A stretch of DNA of 64,000 nt, taken from positions 1 through 64,000 of the forward strand of contig CAXHJY010001150.1 of the NCBI GenBank assembly GCA_964016885.1, in the 5' to 3' direction. The position numbers were made by a program, and so were the translations under genes. Under the pieces are notes generated by a model, which was given only the letters and a program-made list of their open reading frames with translations, searched no databases and was not told the DNA's origin. Below are positions 29,222 to 45,361 of this stretch, piece after piece. How positions within the stretch are numbered: the first letter of the stretch is position 1; the number at the start of each line of letters is the position of its first letter. This stretch comes from Eledone cirrhosa (lineage: Eukaryota).

Positions 29222-29920
29222 CATACATACATTTCGACGGCTAATTCTGTCCAGAATTAGCCGTCGAAACGGCTTGAGCCCAGCTGTCGGGGTCTTACTG
29301 GTTCCTATATATATATATATATATATTCATTTATTATAAAGCACGAGTCTGATGACCTATTGATTCCTGAGTTGAGTCCGATTGATACGTATCGTGCCTT
29401 GAACTGATCAATCGCAAATTGGGCGTCACGCTGAATAAACTTAATGACAATACTTTGACACCTCGTTCTAACTAATTATTATAGCAACAATCAGCTACAT
29501 AGACTCTTTTCCCACAAACCTCCAAAGTTCCTTTAGATCGCACCCCCACCCCCCACCTGACGATGGATGAAAAATCCGAAATATTGGGACCTATAAAATT
29601 ATTCCAAGGTAACTTCATCTCTGGTTTTCATTTTATCTTACAGTACTTTTTACACTTCTTTTTACAGTTCTTTTTGCTTTTCTTTCTCCTCCTCTTGATT
29701 CCCTTTCTTCCTACTCCCATCTGATTTTGTTACTCGGAGATTTATCCATCTGCATTGTAGAGGCTTCCAAAAACAACCATTTTTCACAATGCTTCAAGCA
29801 AACTTAAACACAGTTTAGGGATTGTAACATGAAGTTACTGTTGGTTTACCAAAGTGAGCAATCGATGCGTAGTTTCCCGTATGTGGTTTGGGGTTGTACT
29901 AAGCAGAGTGTAATATTAAT

Positions 29921-30242
29921 TGTTTCTACGTTTGGCACAAGGCCAGCAATTACCCAGTGCGTTACTGGTACTTTATTTTATCGACCCCCGTAAGGATGAA
30001 AGGCAAAGTTAACCTCGACGGGATTTGAACTTAAATCATAAAGGGCCGTAACTCTATGCTGCAAAGCATGGCGTCATATTATACTGATAGTATAATATTA
30101 ATAATTGTTTCTACTTTTGGCACAAGGCCATCAATTACCCAGTGCATTACTGGTACTTTATTTTATCGACCCCGTAAGGATGAAAGGCAAAGTTAATCTC
30201 GGTGGGATTTGAACTCAGACCGCAAAGGGACGTAACTATGCT
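29921..30242 (-). mobile_element. Two tandem Nin-domain SINE copies (29921-30076 and 30106-30242)
   Basis: Same family as 24883-25064. Confidence 0.8.
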
Positions 30243-30386
30243 ATTAATAATAAGTATGGACGAGGTTTCAAATTTTCATTAAGTTTATTCAGATGTGACG
30301 CGCGTTACGCGATTGATCAGCTCAAAATTCGATCACTATCGATCGGGCCAGACTCTGGAATCGAAAGGTCATCAGACATCTGTTTG

Positions 30387-30434
<48 letters not shown>

Positions 30435-30878
30435 AACGAGTAGGACCCCGACGGCTGAGCTCAAGCCGTTTTGACGGCTAATTCTGGACTGAGTCCAGAA
30501 TAAGCCGTCGAAACGGCTTGAGCTCAACCGTCGGGGTCCTACTCGTTTTTATTACCCACTCTACTACCCTAAGTATTGAGTACTTTGGTGCGGTATGGTC
30601 CACCTGGTTCCTTACCACTTTTCCTTCGTTATATATATATATATATATATATGAATGTATGTATAGTATTTTGGCAATATACCGTATGTTTAATTAAAAA
30701 CATTTAGAAGACTATACGCTATTAGTTTTAAAGTAGTGACTATGTCACTTACTTATCTTCGGCGAAAGAGGGAGAGAGGTTGACAGTCTGTTTCACGCTA
30801 GTTGGCGTTCATCAGAACCACACACTCACCCTCCCCCCACATATATGTATATGTGTATAAACATATATGTATACATAC

Positions 30879-31740
<862 letters not shown>

Positions 31741-32080
31741 ATATAGAAATGGCTTCTACAGGACTAGAACTATTTCATTCGGTGAGTACCTTACTTGCTG
31801 TGGTTACTTCCGATTGAACCCGGGATAAACCTTTATATATATATATATATATTTATGTATATAACGAAGGAAATGTGGTAAGGAACCAGGTGGACCATAA
31901 CGCACCAAAGTACTCAATACTTGAGGTAGTAGAGTGGGTAATAGGAACCAGTAAGACCCCGACAGCTGAGCTCAAGCCGTTTCGACGGCTAATTCTGGAC
32001 TAAAATCTAAATGATTTTAGTCCAGAATTAGCCGTCGAAACGGCTTGAGCTCAGCTGTCGGGGTCTTACTGGTTCCTATT

Positions 32081-32129
<49 letters not shown>

Positions 32130-32581
32130 CGAAGGAAATGAGGTAAGGAACCAGGTGGACCATAACGCACCAAAGTACTCAATACTTAGGGTAGTAGAGT
32201 GGGTAATAGGAACAAGTAAGACCCCGACGGCTGAGCTCAAGCCGTTTCGACGGCTAATTCTGTACAGAATTAGCCGTCGAAACGGCTTGAGCTCAGCCGT
32301 CGGGGTCTTACTTGTTCCTATATATATATATATATATATATATACAAATAAAATATAGACTTATTAACTCATATTGATACCCTGCAATTAACAAGCTCAA
32401 AGTATAAATACTGACCATTATATTATTAATATATATAGAAATAAACAGTAAATTCTGCGTCTAAAATTACGAGGGTAGATTTTACCACAAATGCTTTATA
32501 TATTTAAACTGAAGCATACAGTATAGGAAATCTTGTATCTTATTTATACTTTGGTCTGTCTGTTTTGTTTCATTTAATCTA

Positions 32582-32671
32582 ATCTCTCGCTGATGAAATG
32601 CCTAATTATTATCTGTTACAAACACAATTTTCAGGGCGAAACAGATTAAATCTTTGGTCTGTCCGAGAGAT
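32582..32671 (+). ncRNA. Type I hammerhead ribozyme motif
   Basis: ATCTCTCG-CTGATGA-...GGC-GAAA-CAGA(loop)TCTG-TC-CGAGAGAT; 8-bp stem I, GUC triplet; flanked by inverted arms 32430-32524 / 32714-32808. Confidence 0.8.
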
Positions 32672-33052
32672 GAAATCGTTATTGATACGGTATGTATAGA
32701 AAATCTTGTATCTTACTGTATGCTTCAGTTTAAATATATAAAACATTTGTGGTAAAATCTACCCTCGTAATTTTAGACGCAGAATTTACTGTGTTTATTT
32801 CTATATATATATGTATATATATAATGTTATGTATTATTATGGCTGCGTTGCTTCATGTGTTTCAATGTTGCGCAATATTTGATTGCCTCAATATTTCTTC
32901 AGTTGGAAAAATACATAGAAATAAAATGAAATAGCAATATAAATGTATACATAATCAAATAGTTTGAAAATGTGAGCGTCACAAACACAGAAAATAGCTG
33001 TAATAATAATCGATCACTACAGATAATAGCTCAGAATATAGGGTTAATTAAT

Positions 33053-33358
33053 AGTGTAAATTATCAAATTTTATCAACCAATATCTATAGTGATAAATTC
33101 TTATAGTTATTTATAAATATTTTCAATTAAAAGTGTAAATTATCAAATTTTCTCAACCAATCTCTATAGTGATCAATTCTTATTATAGTTATTTATAAAT
33201 ATTTTCAATTAAAAGTGTAAATTATCAAATTTTATCAACCAATATCTATAGTGATCAATTCTTATTATAGTTATTTATAAATATTTTAAATTAAAAGTGT
33301 AAATTATCAAATTTTCTCAACCAATATTTATAGTGATCAATTCTTATTTCAGTTATTT
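33053..33358. repeat. About 80-bp tandem repeat (about 4 units)
   Basis: AGTGTAAATTATCAAATTTT(A/C)TCAACCAAT at about 33053, 33132, 33214 and 33296. Confidence 0.9.
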
Positions 33359-33931
33359 ACTGCGCTTGGGACTTTCGCGTTTTCAAATTTCAAACATTCC
33401 AAACTCTTTGATAATCTGAAAAGTTTTAATTAAAGACTGTCGTTTATGTTTTTCATAATAAAATTCTGAAATTTATGTAAAAATTAAAAGAAAAGGAAAA
33501 ATGATTAAAAAAAAATGAATAAAAATCGAAAAGTGTGCAAATATAAACAAAATATAAACAAAACATGAACAAACCGTAAAGAATTATATGAAATATATAT
33601 AGAATATATCAAATAAGGCAATCAAAAATATGGAAAAAAATAGAGAAATAATATTTGAATAGTACTTTGTGAAATATCAACTTTGTATAGATAGATGGAT
33701 GGATATATCGATAGATATGCACATACATACACACACGTATGAATGTATGTATGTAGGAATGTATGTATGTATGTATGTATGTATGTATGTATGTATGTAT
33801 GTATGTATGTATGAATGTATGTATGTATGTATGTATGTATGAATGTATGTATGTATGTTTGTATGTATGTATGTTTGTATATCTATGTATGTGAATATGC
33901 ATGTATATATATATATATATGTATATATATG

Positions 33932-34001
<70 letters not shown>

Positions 34002-34070
34002 TAGAATAAAAATATGTTTTAAGTATAACTTGGTTCTTCTCTCTATTAATATATATATATATATATATAT

Positions 34071-34274
34071 AGTTTTAATATAGATGAGATTCTACAGGAC
34101 TAGAACTGTTTCATTCATTAGAAATCATCAGGAATCAGATGAGATTCCTGATGATTTCTAATGAATGAAACAGTTCTAGTCCTGTAGAATCTCATCTATA
34201 TTAAAACTGTTATACTCTGCTATGTATTGAGTACCTTATTTACTGTGGTTACCTCCGATTCAACCCGGAATAAC

Positions 34275-34275
<1 letters not shown>
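34071..34275 (+). mobile_element. Family E fold-back copy; HHR at 34137-34197
   Basis: AGATGAGATTC-CTGATGA-...-GAAA-CAG(ttctagtc)CTG-TA-GAATCTCATCT; 11-bp stem I. Confidence 0.85.
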
Positions 34276-34307
<32 letters not shown>

Positions 34308-34536
34308 TATCACAGTATATATAATGTATGATGAATATGTTTCTCAGCAGAAAAGCTCAATTGACGTTGATTAGTTTTGCGTCTTCGGTAGTTCTACCAA
34401 GATCCATAGTTCGTATCGATAATCGATTGGTTAGGTCGATTTTCGCTTCGGTTTACGAACTATGAAACGGCGGCCATAAGGAAAATAATAACTTTTCCAG
34501 CTTAAAGTATGTATTTTATTCTAAAATATTATATGC

Positions 34537-37500
34537 TTTATATATATGTAGAAAATAATGTTTCTCTTTATAAATATGTAGAAAATAATGTTTCTCTTTA
34601 TATATATGTAGAAAATAATGTTTCTCTTTATATATATGTAGAAAATAATGTTTCTCTTTATAAATATGTAGAAAATAATGTTTCTCTTTATATATATGTA
34701 GAAAATAATGTTTCTCTTTATATATATGTAGAAAATAATGTTTCTCTTTATATATATGTAGAAAATAATGTTTCTCTTTATAAATATGTAGAAAATAATG
34801 TTTCTCTTTATATATATGTAGAAAATAATGTTTCTCTTTATAAATATGTAGAAAATAATGTTTCTCTTTATATATATGTAGAAAATAAGTTTCTCTTTAT
34901 AAATATGTAGAAAATAATGTTTCTCTTTATATATATGTAGAAAATAATGTTTCTCTTTATAAATATGTAGAAAATGTTTCTCTTTATAAATATGTAGAAA
35001 ATAATGTTTCTCTTTATATATATGTAGAAAATAATGTTTCTCTTTATATATATGTAGAAAATAATGTTTCTCTTTATAAATATGTAGAAAATAATGTTTC
35101 TCTTTATATATATGTAGAAAAGAATGTTTCTCTTTATAAATATGTAGAAAATAATGTTTCTCTTTATATATATGTAGAAAATAATGTTTCTCTTTATAAA
35201 TATGTAGAAAATAATGTTTCTCTTTATATATATGTAGAAAATAATGTTTCTCTTTATAAATATGTAGAAAATAATGTTTCTCTTTATAAATATGTAGAAC
35301 ATAATGTTTCTCTTTATAAATATGTAGAAAATAATGTTTCTCTTTATATATATGTAGAAAATAATGTTTCTCTTTATAAATATGTAGAAAATAATGTTTC
35401 TCTTTATATATATGTAGAAAATAATGTTTCTCTTTATATATATGTAGAAAATAATGTTTCTCTTTATAAATATGTAGAAAATAATGTTTCTCTTTATATA
35501 TATGTAGAAAATGTTTCTCTTTATATATATGTAGAAAATAATGTTTCTCCTTATAAATATGTAGAAAATAATGTTTCTCTTTATATATATGTAGAAAATA
35601 ATGTTTCTCTTTATATATATGTAGAAAATAATGTTTCTCTTTATATATATGTAGAAAATAATGTTTCTCTTTATAAATATGTAGAAAATAATGTTTCTCT
35701 TTATATATATGTAGAAAATAATGTTTCTCTTTATAAATATGTAGAAAATAATGTTCTCTTTATATATATATGTAGAAAATAATGTTTCTCTTTATGAATA
35801 TGTAGAAAATAATGTTTCTCTTTATAAATATGTAGAAAATAATGTTTCTCTTTATATATATGTAGAAAATAATGTTTCTCTTTATAAATATGTAGAAAAT
35901 AATGTTTCTCTTTATAAATATGTAGAAAATAATGTTTCTCTTTATAAATATGTAGAAAATAATGTTTCTCTTTATATATATGTAGAAAATAATGTTTCTC
36001 TTTATATATATGTAGAAAATAATGTTTCTCTTTATATATATAAAGAAAATAATGTTTCTCTTTATAAATATGTAGAAAATAAGGTTTCTCTTTATAAATA
36101 TGTAGAAAATAATGTTTCTCTTTATATATATGTAGAAAATAATGTTTCTCTTTATATATATGTAGAAAATAATGTTTCTCTTTATAAATATGTAGAAAAT
36201 AATGTTTCTCTTTATAAATATGTAGAAAATAATGTTTCTCTTTATATATATGTAGAAAATAATGTTTCTCTTTATAAATATGTAGAAAATAATGTTTCTC
36301 TTTATAAATATGTAGAAAATAATGTTTCTCTTTATATATATGTAGAAAATAATGTTTCTCTTTATAAATATGTAGAAAATAATATTTCTCTTTATAAATA
36401 TGTAGAAAATAATGTTTCTCTTTATAAATATGTAGAAAATAATGTTTCTCTTTATATATATGTAGAAAATAATGTTTCTCTTTATATATATGTAGAAAAT
36501 AATGTTTCTCTTTATATATATGTAGAAAATAATGTTTCTCTTTATAAATATGTAGAAAATAATGTTTCGCTTTATAAATATGTAGAAAATAATGTTTCTC
36601 TTTATATATATGTAGAAAATAATGTTTCTCTTTATATATATGTAGAAAATAATGTTTCTCTTTATATATATGTAGAAAATAATGTTTCATTTTATAAATA
36701 TGTAGAAAATAATGTTTCTCTTTATAAATATGTAGAAAATAATGTTTCTCTTTATATATATGTAGAAAATAATGTTTCTCTTTATAAATATGCAGAAAAT
36801 AATGTTTCTCTTTATAAATATGTAGAAAATAATGTTTCTCTTTATATATATGTAGAAAATAATGTTTCTCTTTATAAATATGTAGAAAATAATGTTTCTC
36901 TTTATAAATATGTAGAAAATAATGTTTCTCTTTATATATATGTAGAAAATAATGTTTCTCTTTATAAATATGTAGAAAATAATGTTTCTCTTTATATATA
37001 TGTAGAAAATGTTTCTCTTTATATATATGTAGAAAATAATGTTTCTCTTTATATATATGTAGAAAATAATGTTTCTCTTTATAAATATGTAGAAAATAAT
37101 GTTTCTCTTTATAAATATGTAGAAAATAATGTTTCTCTTTATATATATGTAGAAAATAATGTTTCTCTTTATAAATATGCAGAAAATAATGTTTCTCTTT
37201 ATAAATATGTAGAAAATAATGTTTCTCTTTATATATATGTAGAAAATAATGTTTCTCTTTATAAATATGTAGAAAATAATGTTTCTCTTTATAAATATGT
37301 AGAAAATAATGTTTCTCTTTATATATATGTAGAAAATAATGTTTCTCTTTATAAATATGTAGAAAATAATGTTTCTCTTTATATATATGTAGAAAATGTT
37401 TCTCTTTATATATATGTAGAAAATGTTTCTCTTTATATATATGTAGAAAATGTTTCTCTTTATATATATGTAGAAAATAATGTTTCTCTTTATAAATATG

Positions 37501-39668
37501 TAGAAAATAATGTTTCTCTTTATATATATGTAGAAAATAATGTTTCTCTTTATAAATATGTAGAAAATAATGTTTCTCTTTATATATATGTAGAAAATAA
37601 TGTTTCTCTTTATATATATGTAGAAAATAATGTTTCTCTTTATAAATATGTAGAAAATAATGTTTCTCTTTATATATATGTAGAAAATGTTTCTCTTTAT
37701 ATATATGTAGAAAATAATGTTTCTCCTTATAAATATGTAGAAAATAATGTTTCTCTTTATATATATGTAGAAAATAATGTTTCTCTTTATATATATGTAG
37801 AAAATAATGTTTCTCTTTATATATATGTAGAAAATAATGTTTCTCTTTATAAATATGTAGAAAATAATGTTTCTCTTTATATATATGTAGAAAATAATGT
37901 TTCTCTTTATAAATATGTAGAAAATAATGTTCTCTTTATATATATATGTAGAAAATAATGTTTCTCTTTATAAATATGTAGAAAATAATGTTTCTCTTTA
38001 TAAATATGTAGAAAATAATGTTTCTCTTTATATATATGTAGAAAATAATGTTTCTCTTTATAAATATGTAGAAAATAATGTTTCTCTTTATAAATATGTA
38101 GAAAATAATGTTTCTCTTTATAAATATGTAGAAAATAATGTTTCTCTTTATATATATGTAGAAAATAATGTTTCTCTTTATATATATGTAGAAAATAATG
38201 TTTCTCTTTATATATATATAGAAAATAATGTTTCTCTTTATAAATATGTAGAAAATAAGGTTTCTCTTTATAAATATGTAGAAAATAATGTTTCTCTTTA
38301 TATATATGTAGAAAATAATGTTTCTCTTTATATATATGTAGAAAATAATGTTTCTCTTTATAAATATGTAGAAAATAATGTTTCTCTTTATAAATATGTA
38401 GAAAATAATGTTTCTCTTTATATATATGTAGAAAATAATGTTTCTCTTTATAAATATGTAGAAAATAATGTTTCTCTTTATAAATATGTAGAAAATAATG
38501 TTTCTCTTTATATATATGTAGAAAATAATGTTTCTCTTTATAAATATGTAGAAAATAATGTTTCTCTTTATAAATATGTAGAAAATAATGTTTCTCTTTA
38601 TAAATATGTAGAAAATAATGTTTCTCTTTATATATATGTAGAAAATAATGTTTCTCTTTATATATATGTAGAAAATAATGTTTCTCTTTATATATATGTA
38701 GAAAATAATGTTTCTCTTTATAAATATGTAGAAAATAATGTTTCGCTTTATAAATATGTAGAAAATAATGTTTCTCTTTATATATATGTAGAAAATAATG
38801 TTTCTCTTTATATATATGTAGAAAATAATGTTTCTCTTTATATATATGTAGAAAATAATGTTTCATTTTATAAATATGTAGAAAATAATGTTTCTCTTTA
38901 TAAATATGTAGAAAATAATGTTTCTCTTTATATATATGTAGAAAATAATGTTTCTCTTTATAAATATGCAGAAAATAATGTTTCTCTTTATAAATATGTA
39001 GAAAATAATGTTTCTCTTTATATATATGTAGAAAATAATGTTTCTCTTTATAAATATGTAGAAAATAATGTTTCTCTTTATAAATATGTAGAAAATAATG
39101 TTTCTCTTTATATATATGTAGAAAATAATGTTTCTCTTTATAAATATGTAGAAAATAATGTTTCTCTTTATATATATGTAGAAAATGTTTCTCTTTATAT
39201 ATATGTAGAAAATAATGTTTCTCTTTATATATATGTAGAAAATAATGTTTCTCTTTATAAATATGTAGAAAATAATGTTTCTCTTTATAAATATGTAGAA
39301 AATAATGTTTCTCTTTATATATATGTAGAAAATAATGTTTCTCTTTATAAATATGCAGAAAATAATGTTTCTCTTTATAAATATGTAGAAAATAATGTTT
39401 CTCTTTATATATATGTAGAAAATAATGTTTCTCTTTATTAATATGTAGAAAATAATGTTTCTCTTTATAAATATGTAGAAAATAATGTTTCTCTTTATAT
39501 ATATGTAGAAAATAATGTTTCTCTTTATAAATATGTAGAAAATAATGTTTCTCTTTATATATATGTAGAAAATGTTTCTCTTTATATATATGTAGAAAAT
39601 GTTTCTCTTTATATATATGTAGAAAATGTTTCTCTTTATATATATGTAGAAAATAATGTTTCTCTCTC
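34537..39668. repeat. 30-bp satellite (about 170 units) with a 2176-bp higher-order repeat
   Basis: GAAAATAATGTTTCTCTTTATA(T/A)ATATGTA; rare variants recur 2176 bp apart (ORF starts at 35751 and 37927). Confidence 0.97.
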
Positions 39669-39701
39669 TACATATTCATATATCTTTTAATTTGAATTAA
39701 A

Positions 39702-39757
<56 letters not shown>

Positions 39758-39944
39758 TTTAATTCAAATTATATATATATATATATATAACAAAGGAATT
39801 GTAGTAAGGAACCAGATGGACCATAAGGCACCAGAGTACTCAATACTTAGGGTAGTAGAGTGGGAAATAGGAAAAGGTATGACCCCGACGGCAGAGCTCA
39901 AGCCGTCGAAACGGCTTGAGCTCTGCCGCCGGGGTCATACTTTT

Positions 39945-40029
<85 letters not shown>

Positions 40030-40036
40030 TATTTAT

Positions 40037-40516
<480 letters not shown>

Positions 40517-40605
40517 TTTATATATATATATATATATTCTTTTACCTGTTTCAGCCATCCGGCTGAGGCCATGCTGGGGCACCGCATATATATATATATA
40601 TAGAT

Positions 40606-40657
<52 letters not shown>

Positions 40658-40658
40658 T

Positions 40659-40696
<38 letters not shown>

Positions 40697-40729
40697 ATAT
40701 ATGTATATATATATATATATATATATAAA

Positions 40730-40779
<50 letters not shown>

Positions 40780-40843
40780 GTATATATATATATATATATA
40801 TATATACGTATATATATATATACGTATATATATATATATATAC

Positions 40844-40934
<91 letters not shown>

Positions 40935-40973
40935 GTGTGTGTGGTATCATAGACAGCTTTTAAACAAGATCAA

Positions 40974-41021
<48 letters not shown>

Positions 41022-41125
41022 TATTGAAGTTTCCGTTGAAAATTGAAAAAGTCATATGAGTGATGAGTGCTCTATGTAAGTACCAGACCAAAATTTAATG
41101 TATAATAAACAATACAATATAATTA

Positions 41126-41193
41126 CCTCATTACCAGAGGTTTCCCGAATAAGACGAATACGAAAAACGTCCTCATTCGTTCATCGGATAAGG
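41126..41193 (-). ncRNA. Hammerhead motif with single core mutation (CCGATGA)
   Basis: Minus strand: CCTTAT-CCGATGA-aCGAATGAGGACG..CGTCTTATTCGg-GAAA-CCtctGG-TA-ATGAGG; related to the decayed fold-back at 11668-11750. Confidence 0.6.
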
Positions 41194-42767
41194 CAATTTA
41201 AAACATAGTGAAATATTTGAAAAGTCTCCTCAAGAAAGGCAAGAGTTTAACGGGCAAAAAATATATAAATAAAAGTAATGCAAGAGATATATAAAAAAAA
41301 AGGAAATATAGTTAGGGTATGTGTATATGTATGTATATACACTCAGAAATGTACATATGTGTGTATGTACAAATGCATGTGTATGGTGAAAGTGTGTGCG
41401 TAAGTACATAGATGAGGGCAAGTATATTTGTGTATATGTGACCACAAATACGTATATAATGAGTTGAAAAAGAAATTGTAAGATAATATAGTTAACACGC
41501 ATCCAGATACAGGTATTAAATACACATACGAGTATGAAAGCACGCGTATAAACACATGCGGTCACATATATGCGGAAGATAAAGAGGGAAGGGAGTGTAA
41601 TAGTAAAAAGAAGTGTCATTCTCGATATATGTATAAAAATGAAACAATATATGAGAATGAAAAATGTTTTTAAATCAAAGAGAAAGTAATCAATTAACAC
41701 TAGAGAAAAGAAAACAAACAAAGGTACGCACGTACACACACATATATATATACAACAATATTTATACACAAATACGTACAGACAAAAGCGCATGCATGCG
41801 TACATACATACACACGAGGCACTTATATATATATATATATATATCGCCATATGTATCACACGTACGTACGCGACTATATATATATATACATATATACATA
41901 CACACCCATACATACGTATACATATACACACATATACATACACATACACATACATTCACCCGCATACACGCACACGTATAAATAAGTATGTCAAAAACAT
42001 AGATATAAAAACACACATACACACACATATATATACGTACGCACGCACACATACGGAGGCGTTCGTATAGATATACAGAACGTATACACACATATGCACA
42101 CTCACGCGCATAGATACAGATTATAAACCAGCCGTATGAATAAATGAGTACAAATATAAAATCGGCTGCGAAACAACAGAATATATCTAGAGTTCAACCC
42201 CAGTCCATGCCGGCTATGACTATATGTGATGGCCGACACAGTAAAGTGATTAGCAACTGGAATCTAATACAACTCCGTCCCCCGATCAGCCACCGATTTA
42301 CAAATTTACGTGGTGGCAGGAGATAAGAAAATAAATATTTTCGCTCCCGCCAAAAGCACTCAGCCAACGTGTCTCAAACACACATTGATAAGATAGTGAA
42401 CAGTTGGTTATTAGAAAAAGCCATTCCACATCTTTGCACAGTAGAATAGTAGCATTTAGCTCTAGTCACCAAGTCCCATGGCGATAGGATGGCGATGGTA
42501 ACAGTGGTAGGGCCGAGAACCTTTAACGGACATGAAATGCCTCCATCCACGATACATCAATATAGAGTGGCGTGCTGGTAGCGGCAGTCACGTGCGTAAA
42601 CCATTCTATCTCGCAACTTAAACGATTCAATATGCGAATGAAACATTACTAGTCCTGTAGAAGGCATTTCTATAATAAAATGAATATACCTATACTCTAC
42701 TTACTTATTGAGTAGCTTTTTTAACAGAGGTCGTCTCCCGAATTACATCGGGATCATATATATATAC

Positions 42768-42829
<62 letters not shown>

Positions 42830-43022
42830 GAAAAATTCGGGACCCCGACGGTTGAGCTCCTGCCGTTTCAAATGCTATATCCAAATTAGAGTTCGGATCT
42901 AGCTGTTGAAGCGGCAGGAGCTCAGCCGTTGGGGCCCCAAATTCTTCATATTACCCACTCTACTACCCCAAGTATCGAGTACTCTGGTGAGTAATGGTCT
43001 AACTGGTTTTTACCGCTTCCAT

Positions 43023-43065
<43 letters not shown>

Positions 43066-43215
43066 GAAGGAAGTGTTGTAAGGAACCAGATGGACCATAA
43101 CGCACCAGAGTACTCAATAGAGTGGGTTATAGGAAAATGTTTAACCCCGAGACCAGAGCTCAAGCTGTTTCGGCGGCTATTTCTGGACTAAATTAGAATT
43201 TTTAGCGTGGTAAGG

Positions 43216-43274
<59 letters not shown>

Positions 43275-43277
<3 letters not shown>

Positions 43278-43617
43278 AGTAAGAATATTTTCGAAACAGC
43301 GAGTGGGTTTGAAATTATTAGAAATGTAAGCTATCGCCGTATTTTGACTAAAGAAATTAAAGAAACTATTTAGCCTGATAGTGGCGTTAAGAACCCTCGG
43401 AGAAATGGAAAAAGATGAGTATTGACGTACATGGGAGTCGAACCCACATCTTTGGTTATCCGGACCACTGTCCTGTTGGTGTAAATGGTAGCACAGTGGT
43501 CCGGATAACCAAAGATGTGGGTTCGACTCCCATGTACGTCAATACTCATCTTTTTCCATTTCTCCGAGGGTTCTTAACCCCACTGTCAGGCTAAATAATT
43601 TCTTTAATTTCTTTAGT
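43275..43617. mobile_element. tRNA-headed SINE-like element (family H) in fold-back form
   Basis: A-box TGGTGTAAATGGT (43477-43489), B-box GGTTCGACTCC (43520-43530); arms about 43347-43470 / 43494-43617; homologue at 56641-56810. Confidence 0.75.
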
Positions 43618-43624
43618 AAAAAAA

Positions 43625-43656
<32 letters not shown>

Positions 43657-43659
43657 CAT

Positions 43660-44003
43660 ATAAAGAAAAAGAGATGAAATCGAAAATGCAACTGGAGTCT
43701 TATTTTAAAAAAAAATATATATATTTATTTGGTTCCTTTACCGGTTTCGCTTTTGCTTTTCAAAAGTAGAGTTGAGATGGAGGGTCTGTGGTTTTTCTCA
43801 TGTGAGAAAAACCACAGACCCTCCATCTCAACTCCACTTTTGAAAAGCAGAAGAACTGCGAAACCGGTAAAGGAACCAAATAAATATATATATTTTAAAA
43901 AAAAATAAGACTCCAGTTGCATTTTCGATTTTATCTCTTTTTCTTTATACTTTCACTCGTGTAGGACACCTCGGTTATTTTTCATTTTGTAAAAAAACCT
44001 CAC

Positions 44004-44008
<5 letters not shown>
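43660..44008 (+). mobile_element. Fold-back element with the 3' half of a hammerhead
   Basis: Arms about 43662-43800 / 43803-43947; GAAA-CCGG-TA at about 43860. Confidence 0.8.
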
Positions 44009-44085
<77 letters not shown>

Positions 44086-44275
44086 TCAAGTATATTTGTA
44101 ATGCATAAATGTAACGACTCCCTTCGATCCCAATGATCCCCAATGACCAGCAGTCGGCCATACATGCCAGTCTCCTCACTTAACGTCACCAATGTTGTCC
44201 AAGAGAACAAGGGAAAGGTAAAGGACGATATAACTGGACACCAGTGACCTCGATACACAGCTGAGTGAACTGGAG

Positions 44276-44353
<78 letters not shown>

Positions 44354-44518
44354 AATGAATAATAACAGGTAGACATCATAAAAAGGTAGTTTATTCCGTG
44401 TGCTTACAAGTGTTTCCACGGTGGTACTGCAGCCTAGTTCCGCTACGTGCAAATTCACAGGTATTTGCAGAACTCGAATATCCAATGCTGTGACCACTGT
44501 TTCCTCAAATATATATAC

Positions 44519-44620
<102 letters not shown>

Positions 44621-44627
44621 GTATATA

Positions 44628-44665
<38 letters not shown>

Positions 44666-44741
44666 AACTACTCTACTACCCTAAGTATTGAGTACTTTGG
44701 TGCATTATGGTCCACCTGGTTCCTTACTACATTTCCTTCGT

Positions 44742-45011
<270 letters not shown>

Positions 45012-45086
45012 AACAACTCTACTACCCTAAGTATTGAGTACTTTGGTGCATTATGGTCCACCTGGTTCCTTACTACATTTCCTTCG

Positions 45087-45168
<82 letters not shown>

Positions 45169-45325
45169 AAGTAGTACAGCATAATCGAAGCTCTGGTTGC
45201 GGGCAAGCTAACGAATGCTGTCGGGAAATGTGGCCAAAAGCACTCAATAAGGAATTATATATATACACACACATATATATATACATATATATGAATATAA
45301 ATATGAATATATGTATATATATATG

Positions 45326-45361
<36 letters not shown>

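Noticed and set aside
28150-29590. Additional hammerheads at 28153 and 29557 (also 1070, 11120-, 57205- and 63461)
   Set aside because: A CUGANGA-like box is present but GAAA or stem I is defective; may be decayed copies or chance matches, so they are not called individually
35751-39441. 735-aa and 504-aa YVENNVSLY repeat proteins
   Set aside because: Stop-free frames of a 30-bp satellite; frameshifting indels occur within the array and there is no unique flanking coding sequence
43470-43541. Functional tRNA gene
   Set aside because: The acceptor stem is not formed at the 5' side and the anticodon arm is non-canonical; it is embedded in a repeated fold-back element, so it is treated as a SINE head
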